From positions 1,200,001 to 1,232,000 of the forward strand of contig NC_004459.3 in assembly GCF_000039765.1 (NCBI RefSeq): a DNA stretch of 32,000 nucleotides, read 5' to 3'. The first letter of the stretch is position 1, and the number at the start of each line of letters is the position of its first letter. Positions 1-8,670 of this stretch are shown here, in pieces. The position numbers were made by a program, and so were the translations under genes. The stretch comes from Vibrio vulnificus CMCP6. Its GTDB lineage: Bacteria; Pseudomonadota; Gammaproteobacteria; Enterobacterales; Vibrionaceae. The notes beneath the pieces were generated by a model. It did no database searches. It was not told the origin of the DNA and saw only the letters and a program-made list of their open reading frames with translations.

Positions 1-204
1 CAAGGCAATATGGATCCATCGATGCTCTACGCATCTCACGATCGCATTCGTGAAGAAGTGGCCTCTATCCTAGAAGGATTTGGCCATGGTGGTACTGGAC
101 ACGTGTTCAACTTGGGTCACGGTATCCATCTTGACGTTCCACCAGAAAACGCAGGTGTCTTTGTTGAGGCGGTTCACGAGCTTTCTAAGCCATACCACCA
201 ATAA
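1..204 (+). CDS. hemE: uroporphyrinogen decarboxylase, C-terminal fragment (5' end lies outside the window)
   Basis: The frame is open from base 1 to the stop at 202-204. The peptide ...[30 protein letters not shown] matches the conserved HemE C-terminus as I remember it. A strong hairpin terminator follows. Confidence 0.85.
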   Translation, partial: QGNMDPSMLYASHDRIREEVASILEGFGHGGTGHVFNLGHGIHLDVPPENAGVFVEAVHELSKPYHQ

Positions 205-226
205 AAAGCACTCTCTGTTAGCCATT

Positions 227-252
227 AAAAACCAGCTTCGGCTGGTTTTTTG
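227..252. terminator. bidirectional rho-independent terminator (hemE on +, UDG-family gene on -)
   Basis: AAAAACCAGC-TTCG-GCTGGTTTTT is a perfect stem with a tetraloop. It has an A-run on one side and a T-run on the other, and it lies between convergent genes. Confidence 0.8.
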
Positions 253-319
253 TTTGTCGGTTCTACCTCAGCGGTGTACAGCGAAAGGTGCTTTTGGGTT
301 GCCATGATCTCAATGCTTT

Positions 320-913
320 TTAGATCTCAACCTTGCTCGGGGAAAGTAGCTGATGCACTTGTTGGCGAAGGTAGGGCACGGTTTGTTCTTCAAACCAAGG
401 ATTCTTTCTCAACCACAGTGTATTTCTTGGCGAGGGATGAGGAAGTGGCAGGTAATCGGGTAGCCAAGCTTGCCAATTTTGTACCGTTTCAGTCAGTGTT
501 TTTGGTTTGTTCGACAGATAACGGTTTTGTGCATATTGACCAATCAACAGTGTCAGTTCGATATTGGGTAAGTGTTTCAGTAAGGCCTCATGCCACAGTG
601 GTGCGCACTCTTTTCGTGGCGGAAGATCGCCAGATTGCCCTCGTCCGGGATAGCAAAATCCCATCGGCATGATGGCGATCTGTTTTGGGTCATAAAAAGT
701 CGGCTTTTCAATGTCTAACCACACTCTTAAGCGATTACCACTGGCATCATTCCACGGAATGGAAGTGTGGTGGACTTTGGTGCCTGGCGCTTGTCCGATG
801 ATCAAAATTTTCGCCTCTGAGTGAGCTTGAACCACAGGGTTAGCACCTAGCGGCAAGGCGGAGGCACACACTTGGCAAGCCCGGATTTGAGTTAACAGCG
901 GCTCAAGTGGCAT
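320..913 (-). CDS. uracil-DNA glycosylase superfamily protein (family 4/5-like)
   Basis: 197-aa ORF with the UDG-superfamily motifs GQAPG (motif A) and HPSPRN (motif B). Its ATG lies 3 nt after the stop of the upstream gene, so the two form an operon. Confidence 0.75.
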   Translation of the reverse strand: MPLEPLLTQIRACQVCASALPLGANPVVQAHSEAKILIIGQAPGTKVHHTSIPWNDASGNRLRVWLDIEKPTFYDPKQIAIMPMGFCYPGRGQSGDLPPRKECAPLWHEALLKHLPNIELTLLIGQYAQNRYLSNKPKTLTETVQNWQAWLPDYLPLPHPSPRNTLWLRKNPWFEEQTVPYLRQQVHQLLSPSKVEI

Positions 914-916
914 GCA

Positions 917-1843
917 TCAATACCCTTTGGTGAAGCTGACTTGATGGTTGAGCGGGTACCCTTCAAGCCAACGATGGTAATTTTCTGCAAACAGCGCCAT
1001 CACTTTCTCAGGAAAGCTCAGCGCGGCAATATGCGGCGTGATAGTGATTTGTTTGAGCCCCCAAAATGGATGATCCGTGACGAGGGGTTCTTGTTCAAAT
1101 ACATCTAAGAACGCATGTTCAACCCAGTGATTTTTAATCGCCAAAAGTAGTGCCGCATTGTCAATAACGTCCCCACGTCCAACATTAAATAATAGAGCAT
1201 GACGACAGTGACTTAGGCTCGCTTGGTTCAACAAGTGGTGAGTGTGTTTTGTGCTAGGCAGAGTGTTGACTACGATGTGCGCTTGCTTCAAGGCCGCTGC
1301 CAGCTCATTGATGTGATAGGTTTGCTGAAAATGGCTACCGTTTGGCGGAATGCCTGTGCGATTGACGCCAATGGTGTGTAACCCCATCGCCGAGCAGGCA
1401 TGCGCAAGATGATTACCTATGCTCCCAGTGCCTAAGATGGTGATCGTTTTGCCCTCTAGGGAAGAGTAGGGATGCGGTTGCCAGAGACGTTGCTGTTGCT
1501 GCTCCGCATAGCGGGCCAAGTGGCGATAGTGTTGAATGGCGTAGCCGATGACGTATTCCGCAATCAAGGGGCCAAAAATCCCACGGACATTGGTTAGCTT
1601 GTAATCTCGTCGTAACTCAGGTTGCATGAGCGCGTTCACGCCAGCGTAAGTCGATTGTAGCCATTCGAGCTGATGGCACTCAGACAAGCGTGGGGCAATG
1701 TGAGGTGGCGCCGCGAGGATGATATTGGCTTGCTCGATGTCCTCAGTGAGTGCTAAATCGGGTAACGCGTGATCAGCAAGCAGTTGGCGATAGGTCTCGT
1801 TGTCTTCGGTAACAATGAAAATCTTGTGTTTTGACTGATGCAT
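917..1843 (-). CDS. NAD(P)-dependent D-2-hydroxyacid dehydrogenase family protein (glyoxylate/hydroxypyruvate reductase A-like)
   Basis: 308 aa. It has the Rossmann motif GTGSIGNHLA, then NVGRGD and a catalytic His context (TPHIAA), all typical of D-isomer-specific 2-hydroxyacid dehydrogenases. Confidence 0.75.
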   Translation of the reverse strand: MHQSKHKIFIVTEDNETYRQLLADHALPDLALTEDIEQANIILAAPPHIAPRLSECHQLEWLQSTYAGVNALMQPELRRDYKLTNVRGIFGPLIAEYVIGYAIQHYRHLARYAEQQQQRLWQPHPYSSLEGKTITILGTGSIGNHLAHACSAMGLHTIGVNRTGIPPNGSHFQQTYHINELAAALKQAHIVVNTLPSTKHTHHLLNQASLSHCRHALLFNVGRGDVIDNAALLLAIKNHWVEHAFLDVFEQEPLVTDHPFWGLKQITITPHIAALSFPEKVMALFAENYHRWLEGYPLNHQVSFTKGY

Positions 1844-1909
1844 TAACTTTTTTCCCTGTGGCGAATCAAGTACACTTCCGCTGTCTTTTTCCGCAATGAT
1901 TGAGTGATT

Positions 1910-2500
1910 ATGCTACAGAATCCCCTACAGGTCCGTTTAGAAAAACTGGAACCTTGGCAACAAATAACCTTCATGACGTGTTTGTGTGAACGTATGTACC
2001 CGAACTACGCCATGTTTTGTGATAGCACTGGTTTCGCGGAACCAAGAGGTTATCGCAACATTTTAGACAGTGTATGGGAAATTCTCACGGTGAAAAACGC
2101 TAAGGTGAATTTTGAGCGTCAACTTGAGAAGTTGGAAGAGATCTTCCCTAGCGCGGAAGAGTTCGATCTTTATGCGGTTTATCCGGCCATGGATGCGTGT
2201 CAATCTCTCTCCACCTTATTGCACGGTTTGCTTGATCGCGACTATCTGTTCGACTCTATGATTAAGATCAGTCAGCAGTCGGTGCAAACGGTGGTGGATT
2301 TAGAGCAAGCTCAAGGCAGTGAAGCGATCACCAATGAAAACCAGAAAGCGAACGAAGCGGTTTGTGCTGAATGGGATGTGCAGTGGGCGATTTTCCGTCC
2401 TTTACGTGAAGCACAAGAGCGTGATATCGACTTGATTAAAGATTTACGCCAAGAGTTGAGAGATGATCCGATCAGCAACTTGGGCATCACTCTGTCGTAA
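1910..2500 (+). CDS. yjaG: DUF416 family protein YjaG
   Basis: MLQNPLQVRLEKLEPWQQITFMTCLCERMYPNYAMFC closely matches the E. coli YjaG N-terminus as I recall it, and the yjaG-hupA-yjaH order is conserved. I chose the ATG at 1910 over the ORF-track GTG at 1904 because the homologue starts MLQNP. Confidence 0.8.
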   Translation: MLQNPLQVRLEKLEPWQQITFMTCLCERMYPNYAMFCDSTGFAEPRGYRNILDSVWEILTVKNAKVNFERQLEKLEEIFPSAEEFDLYAVYPAMDACQSLSTLLHGLLDRDYLFDSMIKISQQSVQTVVDLEQAQGSEAITNENQKANEAVCAEWDVQWAIFRPLREAQERDIDLIKDLRQELRDDPISNLGITLS

Positions 2501-2507
2501 TGATAAA

Positions 2508-2540
2508 CAAAAGGCTCCAATGGAGCCTTTTGTTGTTTTG
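2508..2540. terminator. bidirectional rho-independent terminator (yjaG on +, CNNM gene on -)
   Basis: CAAAAGGCTCCA-A-TGGAGCCTTTTG palindrome followed by TTGTTTT, with an A-run upstream. It sits between convergent genes. Confidence 0.75.
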
Positions 2541-2553
2541 ACACTTGAGTAAG

Positions 2554-3642
2554 CTACGACTTCGTTTTGTCGTTACTTCCTTCATCTTCATCGTCGTCGC
2601 GGCTTTCAATCATACCATGCTTGTTTTTCCAGCGTTCCCAACGTTGGTAAGCCAGTTCTTGCATGTCTTGGCTCTTGTCAGCTTCGTCGATGATCTCTTC
2701 CCCGAGTAGATATTCAAAAATATCTTCTAAGGTGACGAGGCCGAGCACGGTGCCATACTCGTCAACCACGATAGAAAGTTGCAAGCGTTTTGCCATCATT
2801 TGATCAAACGCTTTAGGCAAAGCAAGCGTGTTCATGATGACGTGAATAGGGCGCATCACGGAACCCAGTTGTTTCTCTCCTGCCCCAGATTGCTGCAGTT
2901 TGAATAGCTCTAAGCGGTGGACAAAACCAATGATGTTGTCTTTCTGCTCGCTGTAAACCAGTGGGCGTGAGAAAGGCGTTTCCTTGTGTTGTGCCAAAAA
3001 TTCGTTGATGGTCATGGTTGCTTCAACGCGAAAGACCACGGGTCGAGGCGTCATCACCTGTGTTACTGGCACATCTTGAATGCCGAGCAAGTTACTCAGA
3101 ATTTTAGACTCACCCTCGGCAAACTCGCCGCTTTCACGCGCCAAAATCGCCATGGCTGACAGCTCATCGCGCATTTTTGGGGTTTCTTGATTGCGAGCAA
3201 GACGCTTGGTGATTTGCTCAGAGAACCAGACAAAGGGTGTTAGGGCCCAGACCATCCAACGCAAGGTGCTGGCGGCTGAAGGCGCCAGTTGTCGCCAGTA
3301 AGTGGCTCCAATGGTTTTAGGGACGATTTCCGAAAGCACAAGAATACCGAGCGTTAGGACACCAGAGAATACCCCCAACCATTCGCTGCCGAAAACCACT
3401 GCCGCTTGCGCACCCGCTGTCGCAGCACCAATGGTGTGAGCGATGGTGTTCAGCGTCAGGATGGAAGCCAGTGGGCGATCGATATCCGCTTTGAGTTTCG
3501 TCAGTTGTGCCGCAGCTGGGTGCCCTTGTTGTCTGAGCTGGGCGATGTAACTCGGACTGATGCTGAGCAAGACGGCTTCTAGCACCGAACAAATAAAGGA
3601 AACACCAATAGCAATCGAAATATAGATAGTAAGCAGTAGCAT
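2554..3642 (-). CDS. CNNM/DUF21 transmembrane domain protein with a CBS pair (hemolysin/CorC-related family)
   Basis: 362 aa. The N-terminus has four hydrophobic helices (DUF21 pattern). These are followed by CBS-pair-like segments (VMTPRPVVFRV..., IVVDEYGTVLGLVTLEDIFE) and an acidic tail. Confidence 0.75.
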   Translation of the reverse strand: MLLLTIYISIAIGVSFICSVLEAVLLSISPSYIAQLRQQGHPAAAQLTKLKADIDRPLASILTLNTIAHTIGAATAGAQAAVVFGSEWLGVFSGVLTLGILVLSEIVPKTIGATYWRQLAPSAASTLRWMVWALTPFVWFSEQITKRLARNQETPKMRDELSAMAILARESGEFAEGESKILSNLLGIQDVPVTQVMTPRPVVFRVEATMTINEFLAQHKETPFSRPLVYSEQKDNIIGFVHRLELFKLQQSGAGEKQLGSVMRPIHVIMNTLALPKAFDQMMAKRLQLSIVVDEYGTVLGLVTLEDIFEYLLGEEIIDEADKSQDMQELAYQRWERWKNKHGMIESRDDDEDEGSNDKTKS

Positions 3643-3906
3643 AGTTGCCCTTGAAGAAATCCCTCAATCACATCTGCCGTGAGGTAAATCGTATTATAGG
3701 AGTATGGCAGCCCCTTATAAATAGGTGCTTTGAGGCTGAAATCCAAGAGCTTTATGTGGTTATTCGGTAACAATTTGTGAGTTATTACTCAGAAAACGGT
3801 TAAAAGTAAGGCATTGAAGCGAAAGAATGACGACAAACCTTTGCCAGACGGGGGCTTTATGCTTTAGAGTGAAATGAATTCGATAACCTATGAGAAGGGA
3901 AACCTA

Positions 3907-4179
3907 ATGAACAAGACCCAATTAATCGACTTTATCGCAGAGAAAGCAGACCTATCTAAAGCACAAGCGAAAGCTGCTCTTGAAGCTACTCTTAACGGTG
4001 TGACTGACGCACTAAAAGAGGGTGACCAGGTTCAACTAATTGGTTTTGGTACATTCAAAGTAAACCACCGCGCAGCACGTACTGGCCGTAACCCTAAAAC
4101 GGGTGATGAGATCCAAATCGCTGCAGCAAACGTTCCTGCATTCGTAGCAGGTAAAGCACTGAAAGAATCAGTAAACTAA
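3907..4179 (+). CDS. hupA: DNA-binding protein HU, alpha subunit
   Basis: 90-aa product [13 protein letters not shown]...[41 protein letters not shown] is canonical HU. The ATG at 3907 is preceded by GAGAAGGGAAA. The ORF-track start at 3874 adds 11 residues not found in HU proteins. Confidence 0.9.
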   Translation: MNKTQLIDFIAEKADLSKAQAKAALEATLNGVTDALKEGDQVQLIGFGTFKVNHRAARTGRNPKTGDEIQIAAANVPAFVAGKALKESVN

Positions 4180-4186
4180 TTGCTCT

Positions 4187-4216
4187 GCACCGGAGATTCT
4201 CTCCGGTGCCTTTTTT
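4187..4216 (+). terminator. rho-independent terminator of hupA
   Basis: GCACCGGAG-attct-CTCCGGTGC followed by CTTTTTT. Confidence 0.8.
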
Positions 4217-4231
4217 AAATTGCCTGACATC

Positions 4232-4924
4232 ATGAAAAAACGACTGCTCTCCCTGACTGCCCTCCTAATCCTTGCTGGTTGTTCTTCAGCACCAAGACCA
4301 AACCTGGAACAATTCACTCATTTCTCTGGTGGCCAGACGATGGGCGATGCGACGAGTTTCTATTGGGTGACGGACAAACTGACAGGGCCGCATAAAGCGT
4401 CGGACTATGTTTTTTCTGGTGATTACGGTTGGTATCAAAGCGAATATCGCTGGGATGAAGGCGCATTACGAGAGTTGATTCGAGAAGGTGAGCAGCTTGA
4501 TAGCAAGTTAGGCTTAGTACCTTATCGAATCCACGTTCGATTTAATGTTGAAGGGGATGCGGTTTATCAGCAGTATCGCCTTAACGGGAAAGTTCTCCCT
4601 ATCCAAAAAGAACAGTTGCAGCGCTACCAATACGAAGCGGATGCATTGGTTAAAGAGACCAAGCAGCAAGCGCGCGAGGGCTTGGAGTTGGTCCAAGGGT
4701 ATTGGGATGGGGAAACGTTTGAAACCTGTAGTGGAGAGGAATATTCGAAACTTGAGTTTAATCAGACCCTCCCAGGATTTGTGGTTAACCGCTTGGCCAG
4801 TGTCGACAGCTATGTGGCGTTTTTAGGCAAAAAATCTTCACGTCGTTTGGAAGTAGAAACGTTACTGTTATTAGATGAAGACGATCGAGACTGCGTGGAA
4901 AAGCCCGTGTTGCTTGAAGAGTAA
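4232..4924 (+). CDS. yjaH: DUF1481 family lipoprotein YjaH-like
   Basis: From the ATG at 4232 the product starts MKKRLLSLTALLILAGCSS, a lipoprotein signal with an LAGC lipobox. Its position right after hupA matches E. coli yjaH. The ORF-track TTG at 4220 sits inside the hupA terminator tail. Confidence 0.7.
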   Translation: MKKRLLSLTALLILAGCSSAPRPNLEQFTHFSGGQTMGDATSFYWVTDKLTGPHKASDYVFSGDYGWYQSEYRWDEGALRELIREGEQLDSKLGLVPYRIHVRFNVEGDAVYQQYRLNGKVLPIQKEQLQRYQYEADALVKETKQQAREGLELVQGYWDGETFETCSGEEYSKLEFNQTLPGFVVNRLASVDSYVAFLGKKSSRRLEVETLLLLDEDDRDCVEKPVLLEE

Positions 4925-4951
4925 GACTTACTCCGTTAGACGAATGAAAAG

Positions 4952-4981
4952 ACAAAAGGCGCAAAATGCGCCTTTTGTTTT
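4952..4981. terminator. bidirectional rho-independent terminator (yjaH on +, purD on -)
   Basis: ACAAAAGGCGCA-aaa-TGCGCCTTTTGT is a 12-bp perfect stem with A/T runs on both sides. It lies between convergent genes. Confidence 0.8.
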
Positions 4982-5002
4982 CTTTGCCAACTGATGTTGT
5001 TG

Positions 5003-6292
5003 TTATTTTTGTTGCTCGCGAGCGATAGCACGGTAGCCAATATCGTTGCGGTGGAACATGCCTTCCCAACGGATCTGTTTTGCCAGCTCGTACGCGCGTT
5101 GCTGCGCTTCTGATACGCTGTTGCCCAGTGCGGTGGCACAAAGAACACGACCACCGTTTGTTACGATATCGCCCTCTTTATTTTCAGTGCCAGCGTGGAA
5201 GACTTTTTCGCCTTCAATTTCAACTTGAGGTAGGCCAGAGATCACGTCGCCCTTGTTGTACGCCGCTGGATAGCCACCCGCTGCAAGCACAATACCGATC
5301 GATGCGCGAGGGTCCCACTTGGACTCGACTTGATCCAGTTTCTTGTCGATGGCCGCGAGGCACAATTCCACAAGATCCGATTCCATGCGCATCATGATAG
5401 GTTGCGTTTCTGGGTCACCAAAGCGGCAGTTGTACTCGATCACTTTTGGTGTGCCATCTTTGTCAATCATCAAGCCGGCATAGAGGAAGCCCGTGTATGG
5501 GTTACCTTCGGCTGCCATGCCACGCACGGTAGGGAAGATCACCTCTTGCATAACACGGTTATGGATCTCTGGTGTCACCACTGGTGCGGGTGAGTAAGCG
5601 CCCATACCGCCGGTGTTTGGACCGGTGTCTTTATCGCCGACACGCTTGTGGTCTTGGCTGGTGGCCATTGGCAGTACGTTTTCGCCATCCACCATCACGA
5701 TGAAGCTCGCTTCTTCGCCATCAAGGAACTCTTCGATCACCACGCGGCTGCCTGCCTCGCCAAAGGCGTTGCCTGCGAGCATGTCTTTGATTGCTTCTTC
5801 CGCTTCTTCCAGCGTCATCGCGACAATCACGCCTTTACCTGCCGCAAGGCCATCTGCTTTCACCACGATTGGCGCGCCTTGTTCACGTACATAGGCCAGT
5901 GCTGGCTCGATGTCCGTAAAGTTTGCGTACGCCGCCGTCGGGATTTGGTGACGAGCAAGGAAGTCTTTGGTAAATGCTTTAGAGCCTTCAAGTTGCGCAG
6001 CCGCTTGGGTAGGGCCAAAAATTGGCAGGCCTGCTTCATAAAACGCATCAACGACACCCAGTACGAGTGGCACTTCAGGACCGACGATGGTCAGTTCAAT
6101 GGCTTTCTCTTTAGCAAACGCCACTAAACCGGCAATGTCTTCAACGGCGATGTTGACGTTTTCTAGCTTAGGCTCAAGTGCGGTACCAGCGTTACCCGGC
6201 GCGACGAAGATTGTCTCCACATTGGGGTTTTGCGCGGCTTTCCAACCTAGAGCGTGTTCACGACCGCCGGAACCAATTATCAATACATTCAT
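5003..6292 (-). CDS. purD: phosphoribosylamine--glycine ligase
   Basis: The 429-aa product from the ATG at 6292 starts MNVLIIGSGGREHALGWK, as PurD does, and carries ATP-grasp motifs. The 15-codon ORF-track extension to 6337 runs through the purH-purD intergenic hairpin. Confidence 0.95.
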   Translation of the reverse strand: MNVLIIGSGGREHALGWKAAQNPNVETIFVAPGNAGTALEPKLENVNIAVEDIAGLVAFAKEKAIELTIVGPEVPLVLGVVDAFYEAGLPIFGPTQAAAQLEGSKAFTKDFLARHQIPTAAYANFTDIEPALAYVREQGAPIVVKADGLAAGKGVIVAMTLEEAEEAIKDMLAGNAFGEAGSRVVIEEFLDGEEASFIVMVDGENVLPMATSQDHKRVGDKDTGPNTGGMGAYSPAPVVTPEIHNRVMQEVIFPTVRGMAAEGNPYTGFLYAGLMIDKDGTPKVIEYNCRFGDPETQPIMMRMESDLVELCLAAIDKKLDQVESKWDPRASIGIVLAAGGYPAAYNKGDVISGLPQVEIEGEKVFHAGTENKEGDIVTNGGRVLCATALGNSVSEAQQRAYELAKQIRWEGMFHRNDIGYRAIAREQQK

Positions 6293-6310
6293 CTCATCAT
6301 CCTCAAATCT

Positions 6311-6341
6311 TGCAAAAAGAGGTGCCTGATAAGGCACCTCT
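6311..6341 (-). terminator. terminator-like hairpin between purH and purD (candidate intra-operon attenuator or 3'-end stabiliser)
   Basis: On the minus strand: AGAGGTGCC-ttatca-GGCACCTCT followed by TTTTGC. This 9-bp perfect stem lies in the 57-nt purH-purD spacer. Confidence 0.45.
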
Positions 6342-6349
6342 GATAAAAA

Positions 6350-7942
6350 CTAGTGGCGGAAGTGGCGCATGCCCGTAAAAATCATCGCCATACCGTGTTC
6401 ATCTGCGGCGGCAATCACTTCGTCATCACGCATCGAACCACCAGGCTGAATTACACATTTAATGCCAGCTTCTGCTGCTGCATCAATACCGTCACGGAAT
6501 GGGAAGAAGGCATCAGAGGCCATGACGCAACCCTCAACTTGTAGGCCTTCGTCTGCCGCTTTAATGCCAGCAATCTTCGCTGAGTAGACGCGGCTCATTT
6601 GGCCAGCGCCCACACCAATAGTCATATCGCCTTTAGAGTAAACAATCGCGTTCGATTTTACGTACTTCGCCACTTTCCAGCAGAATAACGCGTCTTTGAG
6701 TTCTTCTTCCGTTGGCTGGCGCTTAGACACGACTTTAAGGTCATCTAGGCTGACCATGCCTTGGTCGCGATCTTGAACCAGTAGGCCGCCGTTCACGCGT
6801 TTCACGTCAAAGCCCGTTGTCTTCGTTGTCCACTCGCCACACTCAAGCAGACGAACGTTTTTCTTCGCTGCCACCACTTCCATCGCTTCAGCCGATACCG
6901 AAGGGGCAATGATGACTTCAACAAATTGGCGCTCAACAATAGCGGTGGCCGTTTCTGCGTCTAGCTCTTGGTTGAAGGCGATGATGCCGCCAAATGCGGA
7001 TGTCGGATCGGTTTGGTAAGCGCGGTTGTACGCCTCTAGGATGTCTTTACCTAGCGCTACGCCACATGGGTTAGCGTGCTTAACAATGACACAAGCTGGC
7101 TCATTAAACTCTTTCACACACTCAAGCGCTGCGTCCGTGTCTGCGATGTTGTTGTAAGAAAGGGCTTTGCCTTGGATTTGGCGAGCGGTAGCAACCGATG
7201 CTTCTTGTGGGTTGGCTTCAACATAGAAAGCGGCTGCTTGGTGGCTGTTCTCACCGTAGCGCATGTCTTGTTTTTTGATGAACTGCTGGTTGAAAGTGCG
7301 CGGGAATTTGCTCTCTTCATCACCTTCTTTGTTCTCTCCGTATGAAGGAACCATAGTGCCGAAGTAGTTCGCGATCATGCCGTCGTAAGCAGCGGTGTGT
7401 TCAAAGGCTGCGATAGCGAGGTCGAAACGCGTTTCTAGAGTAAGCGACGTGTCGTTGGCGTCCATTTCTGTGATGACGCGATGGTAGTCTGAAGCGTTGA
7501 CAACGATAGTCACGTCTTTATGGTTTTTCGCCGCAGAGCGAACCATGGTTGGGCCACCGATGTCGATGTTTTCAACCGCGTCAGCCAGTGTGCAGCCTTC
7601 TTTAGCGACAGTTTCTGCGAATGGGTAGAGGTTAACCACCACCATGTCGATCGGGTTAATGCCGTGTTTTGCCATGACCTCATCGTCTTGGCCACGACGA
7701 CCGAGCACACCACCGTGAACTTTCGGGTGAAGCGTTTTAACGCGACCGTCCATCATTTCTGGGAAACCAGTGTAGTCAGAGACTTCAGTGACTGCGATGC
7801 CTTGCTCTGCAAGTAAACGAGCAGTACCGCCAGTCGATAAGATATCGACACCGCGCTCAGCAAGAGCTTGCGCAAACTCAACAATACCGGTTTTGTCTGA
7901 TACGCTGATAAGCGCACGGCGAATAGGACGAGCGTTGTTCAT
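6350..7942 (-). CDS. purH: bifunctional AICAR formyltransferase / IMP cyclohydrolase
   Basis: 530 aa. [27 protein letters not shown]...[13 protein letters not shown] (MGS-like IMPCH domain) plus a C-terminal AICARFT domain ending FTGMRHFRH. Confidence 0.95.
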
Positions 7943-8127
7943 GCTTCCAATTTCCTCAAATTCACGGAGTTAAACTAAAGATATTTGCCAAAAATGAACT
8001 TGTTTTTACCTCTTGGGGTAAAATATTGGCCAGTTTTGGAAAAGACCTTTGTCTCGCTTTTCTGGTAAGAAGACAGTCTCCCTCATTTGATGGCGCGTAT
8101 TCTAACCAATTTATTACATAAAAGCTC

Positions 8128-8143
8128 GCGCAATCGTTTGGCA
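8128..8143. promoter_or_regulatory. candidate PurR operator upstream of purHD
   Basis: GCGCAATCGTTTGGCA matches the idealised palindromic form of the PurR box (ACGCAAACGTTTGCGT) at 11 of 16 positions, and the core GCAA.CGTTTG is intact. It lies 186 bp upstream of the purH ATG in the purH/zntR divergent region. Confidence 0.35.
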
Positions 8144-8212
8144 TCTCAAAAATAATTGCAAAAAACTCGAACTTTAAGAGAAAAAGTAACGAGATAGTTA
8201 ATAAGGAAAGTT

Positions 8213-8611
8213 ATGTTTCAGATAGGTGAATTGGCGAAACGTTGTGGTGTGAGCGCGGATACGCTGCGTTTTTATGAAAAAAATGCCCTGATCAAGCCAG
8301 CTGGTCGCAGTGAATCCGGTTACCGTCTTTACAATTACGAAAACCAGAAGCAGGTGGGGTTCATTCTAAAAGCCAAAGAACTCGGTTTGAGTTTGGAAGA
8401 GATCAAAGAGCTGCTGGAGATCAAACTCGAAGCAACAGAACACAGTTGCGCCGAGGTGAAAGCGATCACTTCTGCTAAGTTGGCACTCATCGATGAGAAA
8501 ATTGCCGAATTAAACAAAATTCGTCGGGCACTGAAAAAAATTAACGACGCGTGCTGTGGCCATGTGGAAGACAATGCCAGCCACTGTTCCATTCTTGCTG
8601 CTTTAGAATAA
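8213..8611 (+). CDS. zntR: MerR-family Zn(II)-responsive transcriptional regulator
   Basis: 132 aa. It has a MerR HTH (IGELAKRCGVSADTLRFYEKNALI), a coiled-coil dimerisation helix, and the C-terminal metal ligands CCGH...HC typical of ZntR. Confidence 0.8.
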   Translation: MFQIGELAKRCGVSADTLRFYEKNALIKPAGRSESGYRLYNYENQKQVGFILKAKELGLSLEEIKELLEIKLEATEHSCAEVKAITSAKLALIDEKIAELNKIRRALKKINDACCGHVEDNASHCSILAALE

Positions 8612-8615
8612 CAGA

Positions 8616-8643
8616 CGGCTTAGGCCATTAATGACCTAAGCCG
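8616..8643. terminator. hairpin between convergent zntR and the chemoreceptor gene (weak terminator)
   Basis: CGGCTTAGG-(10 nt)-CCTAAGCCG is a 9-bp stem. The T-tracts are poor on both strands. Confidence 0.4.
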
Positions 8644-8670
8644 ATCGTAAGTTTGCTCATTCTATTGGCG

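Noticed and set aside
250-672. The 140-aa plus-strand ORF opposite the UDG-family gene. The same applies to the many other 60-160-aa ORF-track entries nested antisense or out of frame inside purD, purH, the MCP gene, acs, accC, crbS, the symporter gene and dsbD.
   Set aside because: They are shadow ORFs inside genes with strong homology-type evidence. Their products are low-complexity or Arg/Cys/Ser-rich, and they lack RBSs.
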